A DNA stretch of 64,000 bases, taken from Nitrososphaeria archaeon (lineage in GTDB: Archaea; Thermoproteota; Nitrososphaeria; JACIWG01). The stretch spans positions 64,001-128,000 of the forward strand of contig CAVVXT010000014.1 of NCBI GenBank assembly GCA_963752255.1. Direction: 5' to 3'. The notes under the pieces are model-generated. The model worked only from the letters and a program-made list of their open reading frames with translations. It was not told where the DNA came from and did no database searches. This document shows positions 1-9,544 of this stretch, piece after piece (positions within the stretch are counted from its first letter, which is position 1; each line of letters starts with the position of its first letter). Both the position numbers and the translations under genes were made by a program.

Positions 1-207
1 TGCCGGGCAGCTGAGCTGTTTGGGATAAGAGCTGAAGGCATCTAAGCTCGAAGCCCATCTCGAGAAAAGACACCTCTCCATAGTTCATCTCCGCAAGGAG
101 ACGGCTTTGGACAAAGACGGGGATATAAGATCCCGTTGATAGGACAGAGGTGTAAGCAGGAAGACTTCGGTCGACCTGTTAAGCCTGCTGTCACTAATAG
201 TCTAAGG
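1..207 (+). rRNA. rrl: 23S rRNA, 3' terminal part (gene begins upstream of the window; 3' end approximate)
   Basis: Conserved domain VI motifs GATAAGAGCTGAAGGCATCTAAGCTCGAAG and GTTGATAGG...GTGTAAG...ACTAAT. Confidence 0.93.
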
Positions 208-370
208 CGACGGAATACTGTTCTGGCCGCAAAATCTATGCACGATAAAAAATGTCCTAGGCTTATTTATGTATTGTATAATTATAATATTCTTTTAGAA
301 GTAATTCTATAAAATAGTAGACGTATTAATGTATTGTCTACTATTTATCCCAATAAATTTTTGGGTTCTA

Positions 371-1135
371 CTAACTTTGGGTCTCTTGCTTGATTTCTTC
401 CTTTTTCTCTTCTTTTTCAGTTTGAGGTTCTGGTTCTTTTTCTTTTTCTGTCTTGGGTTTCTCATAGTTTTCTTGGAATATAACCTTATTTATGGCTGGT
501 AGAAACTTAAAGATGTCGTTTGAAAGTGCCCTTTTCACAATTTGTAATCCTTCTTCAAGGTATATATCCTCTGGTAGTTCAAAGGTTATTGTGCTTTCTT
601 GAATAAGAAACTTGAGTTTCTCTTTGTCTATGGGTATTCGTCTGGAAAGTAGCGCTTTAACTTTCTCCTCATCTCCCTTCAGTTCTTCGAGAACCTCAAC
701 TTCGTATATGATAGTTTTACCTGCTAGTTTATGATTAAAATCAACATGAACCCTTCCAGATCCTATAAGCTTAACATAACATATCTTGTTGTCCAATTCT
801 ATTTCATCTCCAACCTTTAGTTGACCTGCTTTCTCTCCAAATCTTCTAAGAGGTAAAATTCTTACCTTCGATGGATCCCAAGTTCCAAAAGCCTTTTCAG
901 GGGGTATTTCCATCGTCGCCTTTTCACCAACAGACATTTCTTTTAATTTGCTGTCTAATCCCTCCAGTACCCATCCCTCTCCAATTGCGACCAGTCTGCT
1001 GGTATACTTCCTAGTCGGATCGTAAACATTATGCTCTTTTGCTTTCTCTTCCAAGGTCGTTTCAATAAGTTCATTTGTTTCTTTGACTTTGGATGTGAGA
1101 TTCAAGTAAATTAGACTATCTTTTTCAAACGTCAT
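371..1135 (-). CDS. slyD: FKBP-type peptidyl-prolyl cis-trans isomerase (long archaeal SlyD type)
   Basis: IPPEKAFG and VDFNHKLAGK motifs; charged C-terminal tail. Confidence 0.9.
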   Translation of the reverse strand: MTFEKDSLIYLNLTSKVKETNELIETTLEEKAKEHNVYDPTRKYTSRLVAIGEGWVLEGLDSKLKEMSVGEKATMEIPPEKAFGTWDPSKVRILPLRRFGEKAGQLKVGDEIELDNKICYVKLIGSGRVHVDFNHKLAGKTIIYEVEVLEELKGDEEKVKALLSRRIPIDKEKLKFLIQESTITFELPEDIYLEEGLQIVKRALSNDIFKFLPAINKVIFQENYEKPKTEKEKEPEPQTEKEEKKEEIKQETQS

Positions 1136-1191
1136 ATAGCCAATCCCCTGTCCATCAAGTTAATAAGATTTATACATTTTATTTTTTTTGT

Positions 1192-1710
1192 TTACCTATT
1201 TATTTTTCTTATTCTCTCTTCGCCGCCAATTTTCTTAACAAGTTTCGACACCGTTTTGGGTACAAGATCTTCCCACGGTTGTCCGATTAAAATTTTATTT
1301 CTAATCTCAGTAGCTGCTAGATTTTCTCTTTCTTGCAATGGCACCTCTATTGTTGTAACTCCTTCCTCTGCGAAGAGCCTTAATGTAAGCTCGTCATTCG
1401 AGAATACGGCATCAAATTTAGGGATTAACATCTTTACCATTTTTGTCCACAAATAATGGGAAGTCGTGTCAGGTATCGGAATAATCATCCACGTTCTAGG
1501 GTCAATCTTCATTTCATCTAACGTTGCCTTTATCATAACTATCCTTTCAGCAGCCGTGAAAGGATTTCTTTCTTCATGGCTTTTATCGGAACTGCCTATA
1601 CCTATGTACAGAAATTCGCTTTTATTCAAAGCATATTCGATAGCAAATACGTGCCCATTATGTAACGGCTGAAATCTTCCGATAAACAAACCATGCTGGT
1701 ACTTCTTCAT
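1192..1710 (-). CDS. nadM: Nicotinamide-nucleotide adenylyltransferase
   Basis: GRFQPLHNGH, NPFTAAER and ATEIR motifs. Confidence 0.92.
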   Translation of the reverse strand: MKKYQHGLFIGRFQPLHNGHVFAIEYALNKSEFLYIGIGSSDKSHEERNPFTAAERIVMIKATLDEMKIDPRTWMIIPIPDTTSHYLWTKMVKMLIPKFDAVFSNDELTLRLFAEEGVTTIEVPLQERENLAATEIRNKILIGQPWEDLVPKTVSKLVKKIGGEERIRKINR

Positions 1711-1792
1711 CTATTCTATTTCCTTATGGGACTGATTAAAGTCTTTTGAGCTTAAAGGTTTAATTCAATCGGCTAGTATCAAAAAAAGGCAT

Positions 1793-2833
1793 ATGCCCAT
1801 AATAAAAATTGATGGCTCGATAGGAGAAGGTGGAGGACAGATACTCAGAACATCGATATCTTTGTCTATGGCAACAAATACCGCTGTAAATATTTATAAT
1901 ATCCGAAGTAAGCGGCCAAATCCTGGAATTCAGCCACAACACTATATGGCATTAAAGGCTGCTGCCGCTATTTCTGATGCTGAAATTACAGGTTTAAAAC
2001 TTTCTTCTGAATCGATCTTTTTTGAACCACAGAAAGTTTCCAATAAAATATCAAGCATCGACATTGGTACGGCTGGAAGTATTCCTCTTGTTATGCAGAC
2101 TTTAATTCCCTCTCTCGTAACATCAAGGTTACAATATCCGATTGAACTTGTTGGTGGAACAGATGTTAAATGGAGTCCCACAGTAGATTACATTAGATAT
2201 ATCTTTTCTCCTTTCTTGAAAATTATTGGGATAAAGTTGTATATGGAAATTAGGAGACGTGGATATTACCCTAGAGGCGGAGGTCGAGTCGTTTTTGAAG
2301 TGGAGAATGTCTCATTTCCCAAAGCCCTAAAATTTAATAAAATCAGTAAGGAAGTAGTTGTAAGAAGTGTTTGCTCAAATCTGCCTAAGAACGTTGCTGA
2401 ACGACAAGCTTCAGCAGCATTAAGCGTACTGCAGAAGTCGGATCTTCATTTAAACACCAAGACATTTGTAGCAGATGAAACAGCTCTTTCGCCAGGAACA
2501 TCTGTTTTAGTTTATTCAACGGGAGAATTCGGTCCTTTTATCGGCTCTGACTCGATTGGTGAAAAGGGTAAACCTGCTGAAAAAGTCGGTGAAGAGGCAG
2601 CACTTTCGTTTTTAAACGAATTTTCATCCTCCCCAGACGTAGACATGTACTTAAGCGATATGGTCATTCCTTATCTTTTCCTTTCCCCTTATGCTTCCAA
2701 GGTCAAGATATCAAGGATCACTCGTCACCTAGAAACAAATCTGGTTGTTTCATCACTCTTCATTAGAAGGGAATACTCTCTTATAAAACAAAAGGACGGT
2801 AGCGTAGTGTTGGACATTTTGTCAAATACATGA
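1793..2833 (+). CDS. rtcA: RNA 3'-terminal phosphate cyclase
   Basis: DGSIGEGGGQILR, GGTDVKWSP, RGYYPRGGG and HLETN motifs. Confidence 0.95.
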   Translation: MPIIKIDGSIGEGGGQILRTSISLSMATNTAVNIYNIRSKRPNPGIQPQHYMALKAAAAISDAEITGLKLSSESIFFEPQKVSNKISSIDIGTAGSIPLVMQTLIPSLVTSRLQYPIELVGGTDVKWSPTVDYIRYIFSPFLKIIGIKLYMEIRRRGYYPRGGGRVVFEVENVSFPKALKFNKISKEVVVRSVCSNLPKNVAERQASAALSVLQKSDLHLNTKTFVADETALSPGTSVLVYSTGEFGPFIGSDSIGEKGKPAEKVGEEAALSFLNEFSSSPDVDMYLSDMVIPYLFLSPYASKVKISRITRHLETNLVVSSLFIRREYSLIKQKDGSVVLDILSNT

Positions 2834-2868
2834 GTTACTATAGAAACATCTAAATTAACCTATTAATA

Positions 2869-3483
2869 GTGGATTGGTTAGGAAAGGTGAATAGATTGTA
2901 TATTCCGGGTGCAACAGCTGTAGGAATAGTGTTCAAAGACGGCGTGATCTTGGGTGCTGACAAACGATTTGCTTATGGCAACTTCATAATGAGCAGAAAC
3001 TCTAAAAAAGTGTTTATGATTAATAGTAATGTCGGTGCTGCATGTGCAGGAATGATCTCCGATATGCAGACCCTGATTAAACGTGTTGAAGCTGAAGCAA
3101 AGATAAGAGAACTTGAAATTAGAAGACCTGTTCCTCCAAACTCTGTAGCAAAATTTATGTCTGCGATAATGTTCAATGAGAGACTTTATCCGCTTCTTAC
3201 TCAGGTAATAGTGGGTGGTGTTGATGGTGTTCCATCAGTTTATGTTCTTGACCCATTGGGTTCAATTATACCTGATGAATACGCCGCCGTAGGTTCTGGT
3301 ACGGAAATCGCAATCGGTGTTATAGAAAGTGAGTATAAGAAAGATATGGATGAAGAGTCAGCGGTAAAACTTACGGTTAAATCTTTGAAATCAGCTATGC
3401 TAAGAGATGCTGCAAGCGGGGATGGAATAGACCTGCTGATAATTAAGTCGAACGAAACTAGACAAGAAGAAATTAAGTTATAA
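2869..3483 (+). CDS. psmB: Proteasome beta subunit, probably the non-catalytic paralogue (GAT instead of GTT; true start may be 2887 or 2896)
   Basis: PGATAVG, GADKR, GSG and RDAASG; lacks the usual Gly-Thr processing site. Confidence 0.9.
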   Translation: MDWLGKVNRLYIPGATAVGIVFKDGVILGADKRFAYGNFIMSRNSKKVFMINSNVGAACAGMISDMQTLIKRVEAEAKIRELEIRRPVPPNSVAKFMSAIMFNERLYPLLTQVIVGGVDGVPSVYVLDPLGSIIPDEYAAVGSGTEIAIGVIESEYKKDMDEESAVKLTVKSLKSAMLRDAASGDGIDLLIIKSNETRQEEIKL

Positions 3484-3502
3484 TCTCCTCGTCCTTGTTA
3501 TA

Positions 3503-4483
3503 ATGATGAATATGGGTTCTTATCCTACACAACTATCTCAAACTCTAAAGAAACAACATTATCATTTAGCAGGTTCTCACTCTGCCGTAAAAAAATGTAG
3601 TTGGCTCCATAAAAGCCTAGTCTCTAACAGAGTTTGTTACAAAGAAAAATTTTTTGGGATAAGCTCCCATCGCTGTCTGCAGATGTCTCCCTCCATTTTC
3701 CACTGCAATCTAAGATGTCTACATTGTTGGCGTGTTATGCCAGAAGATATAGGTCTATTGTGGGATGAGCTTTCGCCTCCTAAGAAAGGTTGGGACGAGC
3801 CTGAAAAAATCTATGAAGAATCTATTTTAGCTCAGAGGAGGATACTTTCCGGCTATAAATCGCTTGTTCTAAAGGGGAAGGTGCCTGCAAAAAAATATCA
3901 AGAAGCGCTGAACCCCTCCCAGGTGGCGATATCGCTTTCTGGCGAACCAACAATCTATCCTAGGTTGAGCGAGTTGATACGAATCTACAAGAAAAATGGT
4001 TTTACAGTCTTTTTAGTAACAAATGGAACTTTACCTAATTCTTTATGTAATCTATCTTCTTTGCCTACTCAAATCTATATTTCATTAACTGCTTATGACC
4101 GTGACTCATTCACTAAACTTAACCGCCCTATGCTAGCGTCTTTATGGGATTCTGTGTTCAAGTCACTTGAACTAATTAGCTCATTAGAATGTCCCGTGGT
4201 TTTACGAATAACTTCAATAAAAGGGTTGAATATGGAGACGCCTAAAGCTTTCGCTGAGATAATCAACAGGTATGAGCCCCTGTATGTGGAGACTAAAGGT
4301 TACATGAATGTTGGGTACTCAATTTATCGGTTGCAGAAGGATAACATGCCATCGCACGAGGATGTAAGATCATTTGCTACCATTTTATCTTCGTTGACAG
4401 GTTATAAGATAGTTGGAGAGTCGAAGGATAGTCGTGTCGTACTGCTTTCCAAGAAATTGTCGTCGCCGCAAAGGTTTAACTGA
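3503..4483 (+). CDS. taw1: 4-demethylwyosine synthase (TYW1/Taw1, radical SAM)
   Basis: HSAVKKCSW, CYKEKFFGISSHRC, CNLRCLHCWR and SLSGEPT. Confidence 0.93.
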   Translation: MMNMGSYPTQLSQTLKKQHYHLAGSHSAVKKCSWLHKSLVSNRVCYKEKFFGISSHRCLQMSPSIFHCNLRCLHCWRVMPEDIGLLWDELSPPKKGWDEPEKIYEESILAQRRILSGYKSLVLKGKVPAKKYQEALNPSQVAISLSGEPTIYPRLSELIRIYKKNGFTVFLVTNGTLPNSLCNLSSLPTQIYISLTAYDRDSFTKLNRPMLASLWDSVFKSLELISSLECPVVLRITSIKGLNMETPKAFAEIINRYEPLYVETKGYMNVGYSIYRLQKDNMPSHEDVRSFATILSSLTGYKIVGESKDSRVVLLSKKLSSPQRFN

Positions 4484-4514
4484 TTGTTCCATTTAGAGCA
4501 AATAGTGATAGCCT

Positions 4515-5099
4515 TTGGAGTCTATAGAGAATGATATAGATTATGGGGAGCTATTAAAAAAGCTCGAGTCCTTGGACTCAGAAAGAGAGTTCATATATAA
4601 AGAAAGCAGATCGGTACTCGTCTCCTTTCCAAAAGTCTTCACCTTTCTGCATGAAGGTAGGATAGATGAAGCCAAACAAATACTTGAAGAGCTTAAAAGA
4701 AAATTATACGAATTAAGATCAAAGGTTGATGTAAGGTGGCTAAAATATCTTCTTCCTGCACAGATCGAGTATGTTGAGGCAACCGTTTTCCTAACAGTTT
4801 TAGTGGAATCACGTATTCCTTCCCAAAAGGAACTCGACTCTGAAATAGAAGCTTACTTACTAGGCTTACTTGACTGTGTAGGCGAACTAAGGCGTTCTGT
4901 TTACGACAAGGTGAATGAACAAAATTATGATAAAGCGGTTTTTTTCTTCGATTCAATGAAGACTATCTTTGAGAATGTCTCCTCATTTTCCTACTTCGAT
5001 AACGTTGTCCCATCTCTAAGGCGTAAGATTGATTTGGCTAGAAGGTTGATCGAAGAAACCTATATAGATATAACAAAAATGAAGACTTTGAAGATCTGA
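4515..5099 (+). CDS. Translin/TRAX-family protein
   Basis: EYVEA, YLLGLLDCVGELRR and LRRKID motifs. Confidence 0.88.
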   Translation: MESIENDIDYGELLKKLESLDSEREFIYKESRSVLVSFPKVFTFLHEGRIDEAKQILEELKRKLYELRSKVDVRWLKYLLPAQIEYVEATVFLTVLVESRIPSQKELDSEIEAYLLGLLDCVGELRRSVYDKVNEQNYDKAVFFFDSMKTIFENVSSFSYFDNVVPSLRRKIDLARRLIEETYIDITKMKTLKI

Positions 5100-5101
5100 T
5101 T

Positions 5102-5758
5102 GTGTCTTTGTACCTAATTTCGTATGGTAAGATAAAGGAAATAGATAAACTTCATGATATAATTTCGAAAATACGATTTCCTAAATTTGCTGACCAAAAA
5201 GCTTACAGGTATATTTGTGCATGCGATGTAGCATATCATGAAACAAAAGAAAGGCGATCAGCGATAGCTGCTGCGATATTATATGATTGCATCTCTAGGA
5301 GAATAGTTGAAAAGGAGACAATTATTTCACAGAATCCCCTTCCTTATGTTCCAGGTTACTTTTTTGCTAGAGAACTTCCACCTATAGTTTCAGTGTTAAA
5401 GAAAGTGCATTCAAGAGCTGATCTTATTTTAGTTGAGGGTCATGGCCGTCTGCATCCCAGAAGAAGCGGTTTAGCCGTTTACGTAGGTGTTTTTTTTGAT
5501 AAGCCAACTTTAGGTGTAGCGAAGACTCTTTACGTTGGACAAGTTTCGAATATTAAACAGAATGTTTCAGAAGTAGTCTACGAAAACAAGGTTCTTGGAC
5601 AGATGATCTTTGCTCCCAATCTCAATAGAAGATATTATGTTAGCGTAGGGTATAAAATGAAGCTCGAGAAGGCAGTAGAAATAGTTACTAATCTTTTAGC
5701 GCAAGGAACAGACTTGATCCAAGAAGCTCATTTGCTATCAAAAACACTTAATTCTTAA
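5102..5758 (+). CDS. nfi: Endonuclease V
   Basis: DVAY, PYVPGYFFARE, GHGRLHPRRSGLA and GVAK. Confidence 0.9.
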   Translation: MSLYLISYGKIKEIDKLHDIISKIRFPKFADQKAYRYICACDVAYHETKERRSAIAAAILYDCISRRIVEKETIISQNPLPYVPGYFFARELPPIVSVLKKVHSRADLILVEGHGRLHPRRSGLAVYVGVFFDKPTLGVAKTLYVGQVSNIKQNVSEVVYENKVLGQMIFAPNLNRRYYVSVGYKMKLEKAVEIVTNLLAQGTDLIQEAHLLSKTLNS

Positions 5759-5785
5759 ATCTTCAAATACCATCTGGGTAAAATT

Positions 5786-6505
5786 ATGTCGTTGTCATTT
5801 AGGGACATAAAATCATCATTGCTTCCCACGCTCCTAGAATTACTATGCATAGGTGCTAAGAATAATTCTATCGAAATATCTTCGATAGAATTAAGTAAAC
5901 GTTTAGGAAAATCGCAACAAGCTGTCTCAACTCACATTTTAGAGTTAGAAAAACTTGGTCTCATCGAAGTTACCCATAAAAAAAGAAGATCCTGTATTAA
6001 GCTTACAGTAAATGGAAACTCTGTTTTGCTGAGCCTTTACTCCACTCTGAGAGAAATCTTTGAAGAAGTTCCAAATGTCATAGAATTCAACGGAGAAGTC
6101 TTCTCTGGAATGGGTGAAGGTTCGTACTATGTTACGATTAAGGGTTACAGTAGTCAATTTATCGAGAAACTTGGATTCAACCCCTACCCTGGTACACTGA
6201 ATATTCGTCTAACATCAACTTTGGAAAGACGGCAAAAGAAGGAACTCGAATATTACACTGGTATACCATTGGAAGGTTTCCAAGATGGATACAGAACGTA
6301 CGGTGGTGCAAAATGTTTTCCAGCAATTTTGAACGACAGCGTAGAGGGTGCAATAGTTATGACAAGAAGGACCCTCTATGACGAATCCGTCCTAGAATTC
6401 ATTGCTCCAATGAATCTTAGAGAACGATTAAAGCTCAAAGATGGTGACAGAGTCCGCCTTAAGGTATATTTCTCGGAAAAAAGTATACGTTCTATGTCTC
6501 ATTGA
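5786..6505 (+). CDS. ribK: CTP-dependent riboflavin kinase with N-terminal wHTH
   Basis: SQQAVS HTH; GEVFSGMGEG, PYPGTLN and LRERLKLKDGD. Confidence 0.92.
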   Translation: MSLSFRDIKSSLLPTLLELLCIGAKNNSIEISSIELSKRLGKSQQAVSTHILELEKLGLIEVTHKKRRSCIKLTVNGNSVLLSLYSTLREIFEEVPNVIEFNGEVFSGMGEGSYYVTIKGYSSQFIEKLGFNPYPGTLNIRLTSTLERRQKKELEYYTGIPLEGFQDGYRTYGGAKCFPAILNDSVEGAIVMTRRTLYDESVLEFIAPMNLRERLKLKDGDRVRLKVYFSEKSIRSMSH

Positions 6506-7134
6506 CTAAGTTATCGTCTTTGAGGAGGGACGAACTTTTTATTCCTCCTATACTTTTAGTGAATCGAATAACTTTAATTTTCTTCCCTTTGGATTTGGCG
6601 AATTCTTTGATCTCATTCTCGTTGTGTATTTGATCATATCCTAATGCGACGATATCGGGGTTGATTTTAATGAGGGTATTATATATGTTACCTTTTTCCC
6701 CGATCATCGCGAAATCCACTATTCTTAACGAACTGACCAGTTCGAGTCTTTTTTCTTCGTTATTATACGTCTTCTTTCCTCTATTTTTTTCCGCTGTCTT
6801 GTCTGTTGCTACTATAACCACTAAGATGTCTCCTAAACTTTTTGCCATTCCCAAAGTTAACAGGTGTCCGGGATGTATTATGTCAAAGGTGCCACCACAT
6901 AGAACAACTTTGACAGATTTTCTCCCACTTTCTGTGACTGTAACCTGTTTAGCGGTTGTTTTAATTTTACCTTTTTTGATAAGTTGTTCTGCGACCTTCC
7001 TGTTTTCTTCTAGGAAGGGTGAAAAAGATTCTATAATTTTTTTATAGAAAATTTTGGGGTTTTTCAGTTTTTCTACAAGAATCTTTTTTATGAATTCCTT
7101 TTCTATTTTGGGGTTTAACGTAAATTTTCACCAT
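6492..7134 (-). CDS. ribL: FAD synthase with N-terminal extension; 5' end anomalous (frameshift or non-canonical start)
   Basis: Frame is open upstream of the listed ORF through CGGTFDIIHPGH up to the dph5 stop; also ALGYDQ. No in-frame ATG/GTG/TTG precedes the HxGH motif. Confidence 0.85.
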
Positions 7135-8180
7135 TTTAGGTCAAGAATTTTCTGGAATCTTAAAGAGTCTAAAAGTCCTTCAGCATAGCCAACGCTTAGC
7201 ATAGCAAGATGTTCCTCTCCTGAATTTAAAAATCTGATCGAGTCATCTAAGTAGCATTCAACATTTTCAAAAAGCTCGTCAAGATCCTGACTTTTTCCAT
7301 GTGATATCTTATCTTTAGCCTCTCTCAGTGTGTCCCTTGTATTGTTAACGTACTTATTTACTAAGTATTCCACCCTTTTTTTTATGTTCTTGGTATTATC
7401 TTTAACCTTGTTCTTCCCTGTATCATAAAGAACCTGTATGGTTTCTTCTTCAGTGAAATGTAACTTTGATGGGATTACGATAGAGTAAGGTGGATATCCA
7501 AAATCGATTCCTTCTAATTCTGATACCATTCCTGCATAAAATTTCTGGTCATCTCTTTCAATCCTACACGCCACAATCAAGAATGTGTCCTCCGAGAATG
7601 CGCCAAGCTTGTAAACATTTTCGGCATTTTCTAATGTTTTGAATGCAGACGTAGGTGAAACACCCTCCCCACTTTCTGTGTCAAATTCTAGCAAGAAGAT
7701 ACTATGTGTTCCTTTTATCAAGTTATCATATAACGTAAAGTATACGGAAGTCGCAGGCGTACCGCTTTCCCTTATGATAGTCGTGACCCGCCCAAATTTA
7801 TATGGATGGAGGCCACAGCAGCTAGTTAAAAGTGAAACTATAGAAGTGTTATGAACAACTGTGCATAGAACACCACTTTTCTTTGATTCAACAACGAAAT
7901 TCATGTGCGTTGTCGCTAGGAGTGGGTCCCCAAGGACCGCTAGGCTGATATTCATTATTTTGGCTCTGTTCAAAATACTATCTATTTTATCCTCGAGGTC
8001 AGCTCTCTTGAGAACAGTAACTTCTTTACCAATCTGCAAACTTAAAGCCTTGACAAAGTTGACGGGAATCGGTGTAGTGTATCCATCAAGATATATGAAA
8101 TCGCTTTTTTTAAGGACATCCATTCCACGCAAATTTATTGAATTAATTCCGTTGACTCCAAGTCCAACAAGCGCGAACAT
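7128..8180 (-). CDS. dph5: Diphthine synthase with C-terminal DUF357-like domain
   Basis: GDPLLATTH, GLHPYKFG and LHFTE; C-terminal YAEGLLDSLR. Confidence 0.92.
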   Translation of the reverse strand: MFALVGLGVNGINSINLRGMDVLKKSDFIYLDGYTTPIPVNFVKALSLQIGKEVTVLKRADLEDKIDSILNRAKIMNISLAVLGDPLLATTHMNFVVESKKSGVLCTVVHNTSIVSLLTSCCGLHPYKFGRVTTIIRESGTPATSVYFTLYDNLIKGTHSIFLLEFDTESGEGVSPTSAFKTLENAENVYKLGAFSEDTFLIVACRIERDDQKFYAGMVSELEGIDFGYPPYSIVIPSKLHFTEEETIQVLYDTGKNKVKDNTKNIKKRVEYLVNKYVNNTRDTLREAKDKISHGKSQDLDELFENVECYLDDSIRFLNSGEEHLAMLSVGYAEGLLDSLRFQKILDLKW

Positions 8181-8292
8181 GTCATTAACCCCTTTATCGT
8201 CGTCGACACTTCTTTTAATCTTTATAAAAAAGTTGGCTCAGAGTAAAAAGTTAAAAATGTCCAAAAGGCACCAAAAATGGTTTAGATGGATT

Positions 8293-8366
8293 GGGCCTGT
8301 GGCTCAGCCAGGCAGAGCGGCTGGCTCTTAACCAGTAAGTCGTGGGTTCAACTCCCACCAGGCCCG
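8293..8366 (+). tRNA. tRNA-Lys(CTT)
   Basis: Cloverleaf; anticodon arm GCTGG-CT CTT AA-CCAGT; GTTCAAC T-loop. Confidence 0.95.
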
Positions 8367-8367
8367 C

Positions 8368-8850
8368 TTGCTTTACTGGAACTATTTTTATATTGAGTCA
8401 AGAGTAATCCTTTACGTGTTAGTCGCTAGAGATGTTGTGGTCTTCTACGGGCATGAATTGATAAAAGGGACGCATAGGTCTACCTTTGAAATAACTACAG
8501 AGGATTTCCTTGGACCTAAAGGAGATTGTATTATTGGAATCAACGCTTCTAAATCGTGTTACGACTTAGATCCCTTACTCAAGAAGATGTTGAAAAACGA
8601 TGACGCTAAATTCACATTAACTTTAATGATTAAAGAACTTTTCTTCAAGATTTCTGCACATGGCTCTAAACAGTTGACCTTATCGGACAATAAAAGTATG
8701 GTCATTAGAACCAGTAATTTTATCTGCCCACGCACCCTTGCCATAAGAGCATCATCATCGGCCTACGATATTCCAAGATCCATGATTAATGAGTTGAAAA
8801 GAAGGGATAGGAGTGGGGTTATGATTTTGGAAGCTATGATACCCCGTTAA
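8368..8850 (+). CDS. DUF371 family protein (true start probably downstream)
   Basis: GTHRSTFEIT, GDCIIGI and SMVIRTS..RTLAI. Confidence 0.85.
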   Translation: MLYWNYFYIESRVILYVLVARDVVVFYGHELIKGTHRSTFEITTEDFLGPKGDCIIGINASKSCYDLDPLLKKMLKNDDAKFTLTLMIKELFFKISAHGSKQLTLSDNKSMVIRTSNFICPRTLAIRASSSAYDIPRSMINELKRRDRSGVMILEAMIPR

Positions 8851-9544
8851 TTGGGTATCCGTCCTCTCCTATTAGGGGAACAAAGACACATTCAGTCTTT
8901 TTTTCTATCTTTAGTCCACCATCTACCAACTTTCTTCCTTTGATCAGTGTTTGAAATAATACTCCACCAATCGGTGCTAGGATGACTCCTCCGACTTTTA
9001 GTTGTTTAACAAGAGCTTTTGGAAATCTTGGTGAAGCCGCTGTAATCGTTATCTTATCGTAGAGTTCTCCCTCGTCTTTAGGTGGGTATCCTAAACTACC
9101 ATCTCCTCTCGTAACCTGAACATAGTCTGAGTAGCCGGCCTTATCGATGTTACTTTTAGCGAAGCTGACAAGACTAGGAATTCTTTCTACGGTAATCACT
9201 TTACCTGTTAAATCTTTTTTTCCATCACTTACAATATATGCCATCAAGGTTGCGTTATAACCACTTCCGGTCCCAATTTCAAGTACGCTTTTCCCTTTCA
9301 TTAGATCGAGTTCCTCTAACATAATAGCGATCATGTGCGGTGCAGATATGGTTTGACCGGTATTGCCTAAAGGTAATGGTACATCAAAGTAGGCCTTATC
9401 AATCATGTTTGGCCAGACAAAAGCTTCTCTGGGCACATTTAGAAAGGCGGATTCAACTTCCTTACTTTTAATAATATTATCATCTCTTAATCCTTTAACC
9501 AGTATCTTTCTCTGTTCCTCAAGAGTTCTGATCATTGCAACCAC
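8834..9544 (-). CDS. pcm: Protein-L-isoaspartate O-methyltransferase
   Basis: VPREAF, GQTISAPHM, LEIGTGSGY and FVPLIG. Confidence 0.95.
   Translation of the reverse strand: MVAMIRTLEEQRKILVKGLRDDNIIKSKEVESAFLNVPREAFVWPNMIDKAYFDVPLPLGNTGQTISAPHMIAIMLEELDLMKGKSVLEIGTGSGYNATLMAYIVSDGKKDLTGKVITVERIPSLVSFAKSNIDKAGYSDYVQVTRGDGSLGYPPKDEGELYDKITITAASPRFPKALVKQLKVGGVILAPIGGVLFQTLIKGRKLVDGGLKIEKKTECVFVPLIGEDGYPINGVS

Noticed and set aside
312-346. 11-bp inverted repeat AAATAGTAGAC/GTCTACTATTT
   Set aside because: Single AT-rich hairpin between convergent genes; no second copy or target-site duplication to support a MITE
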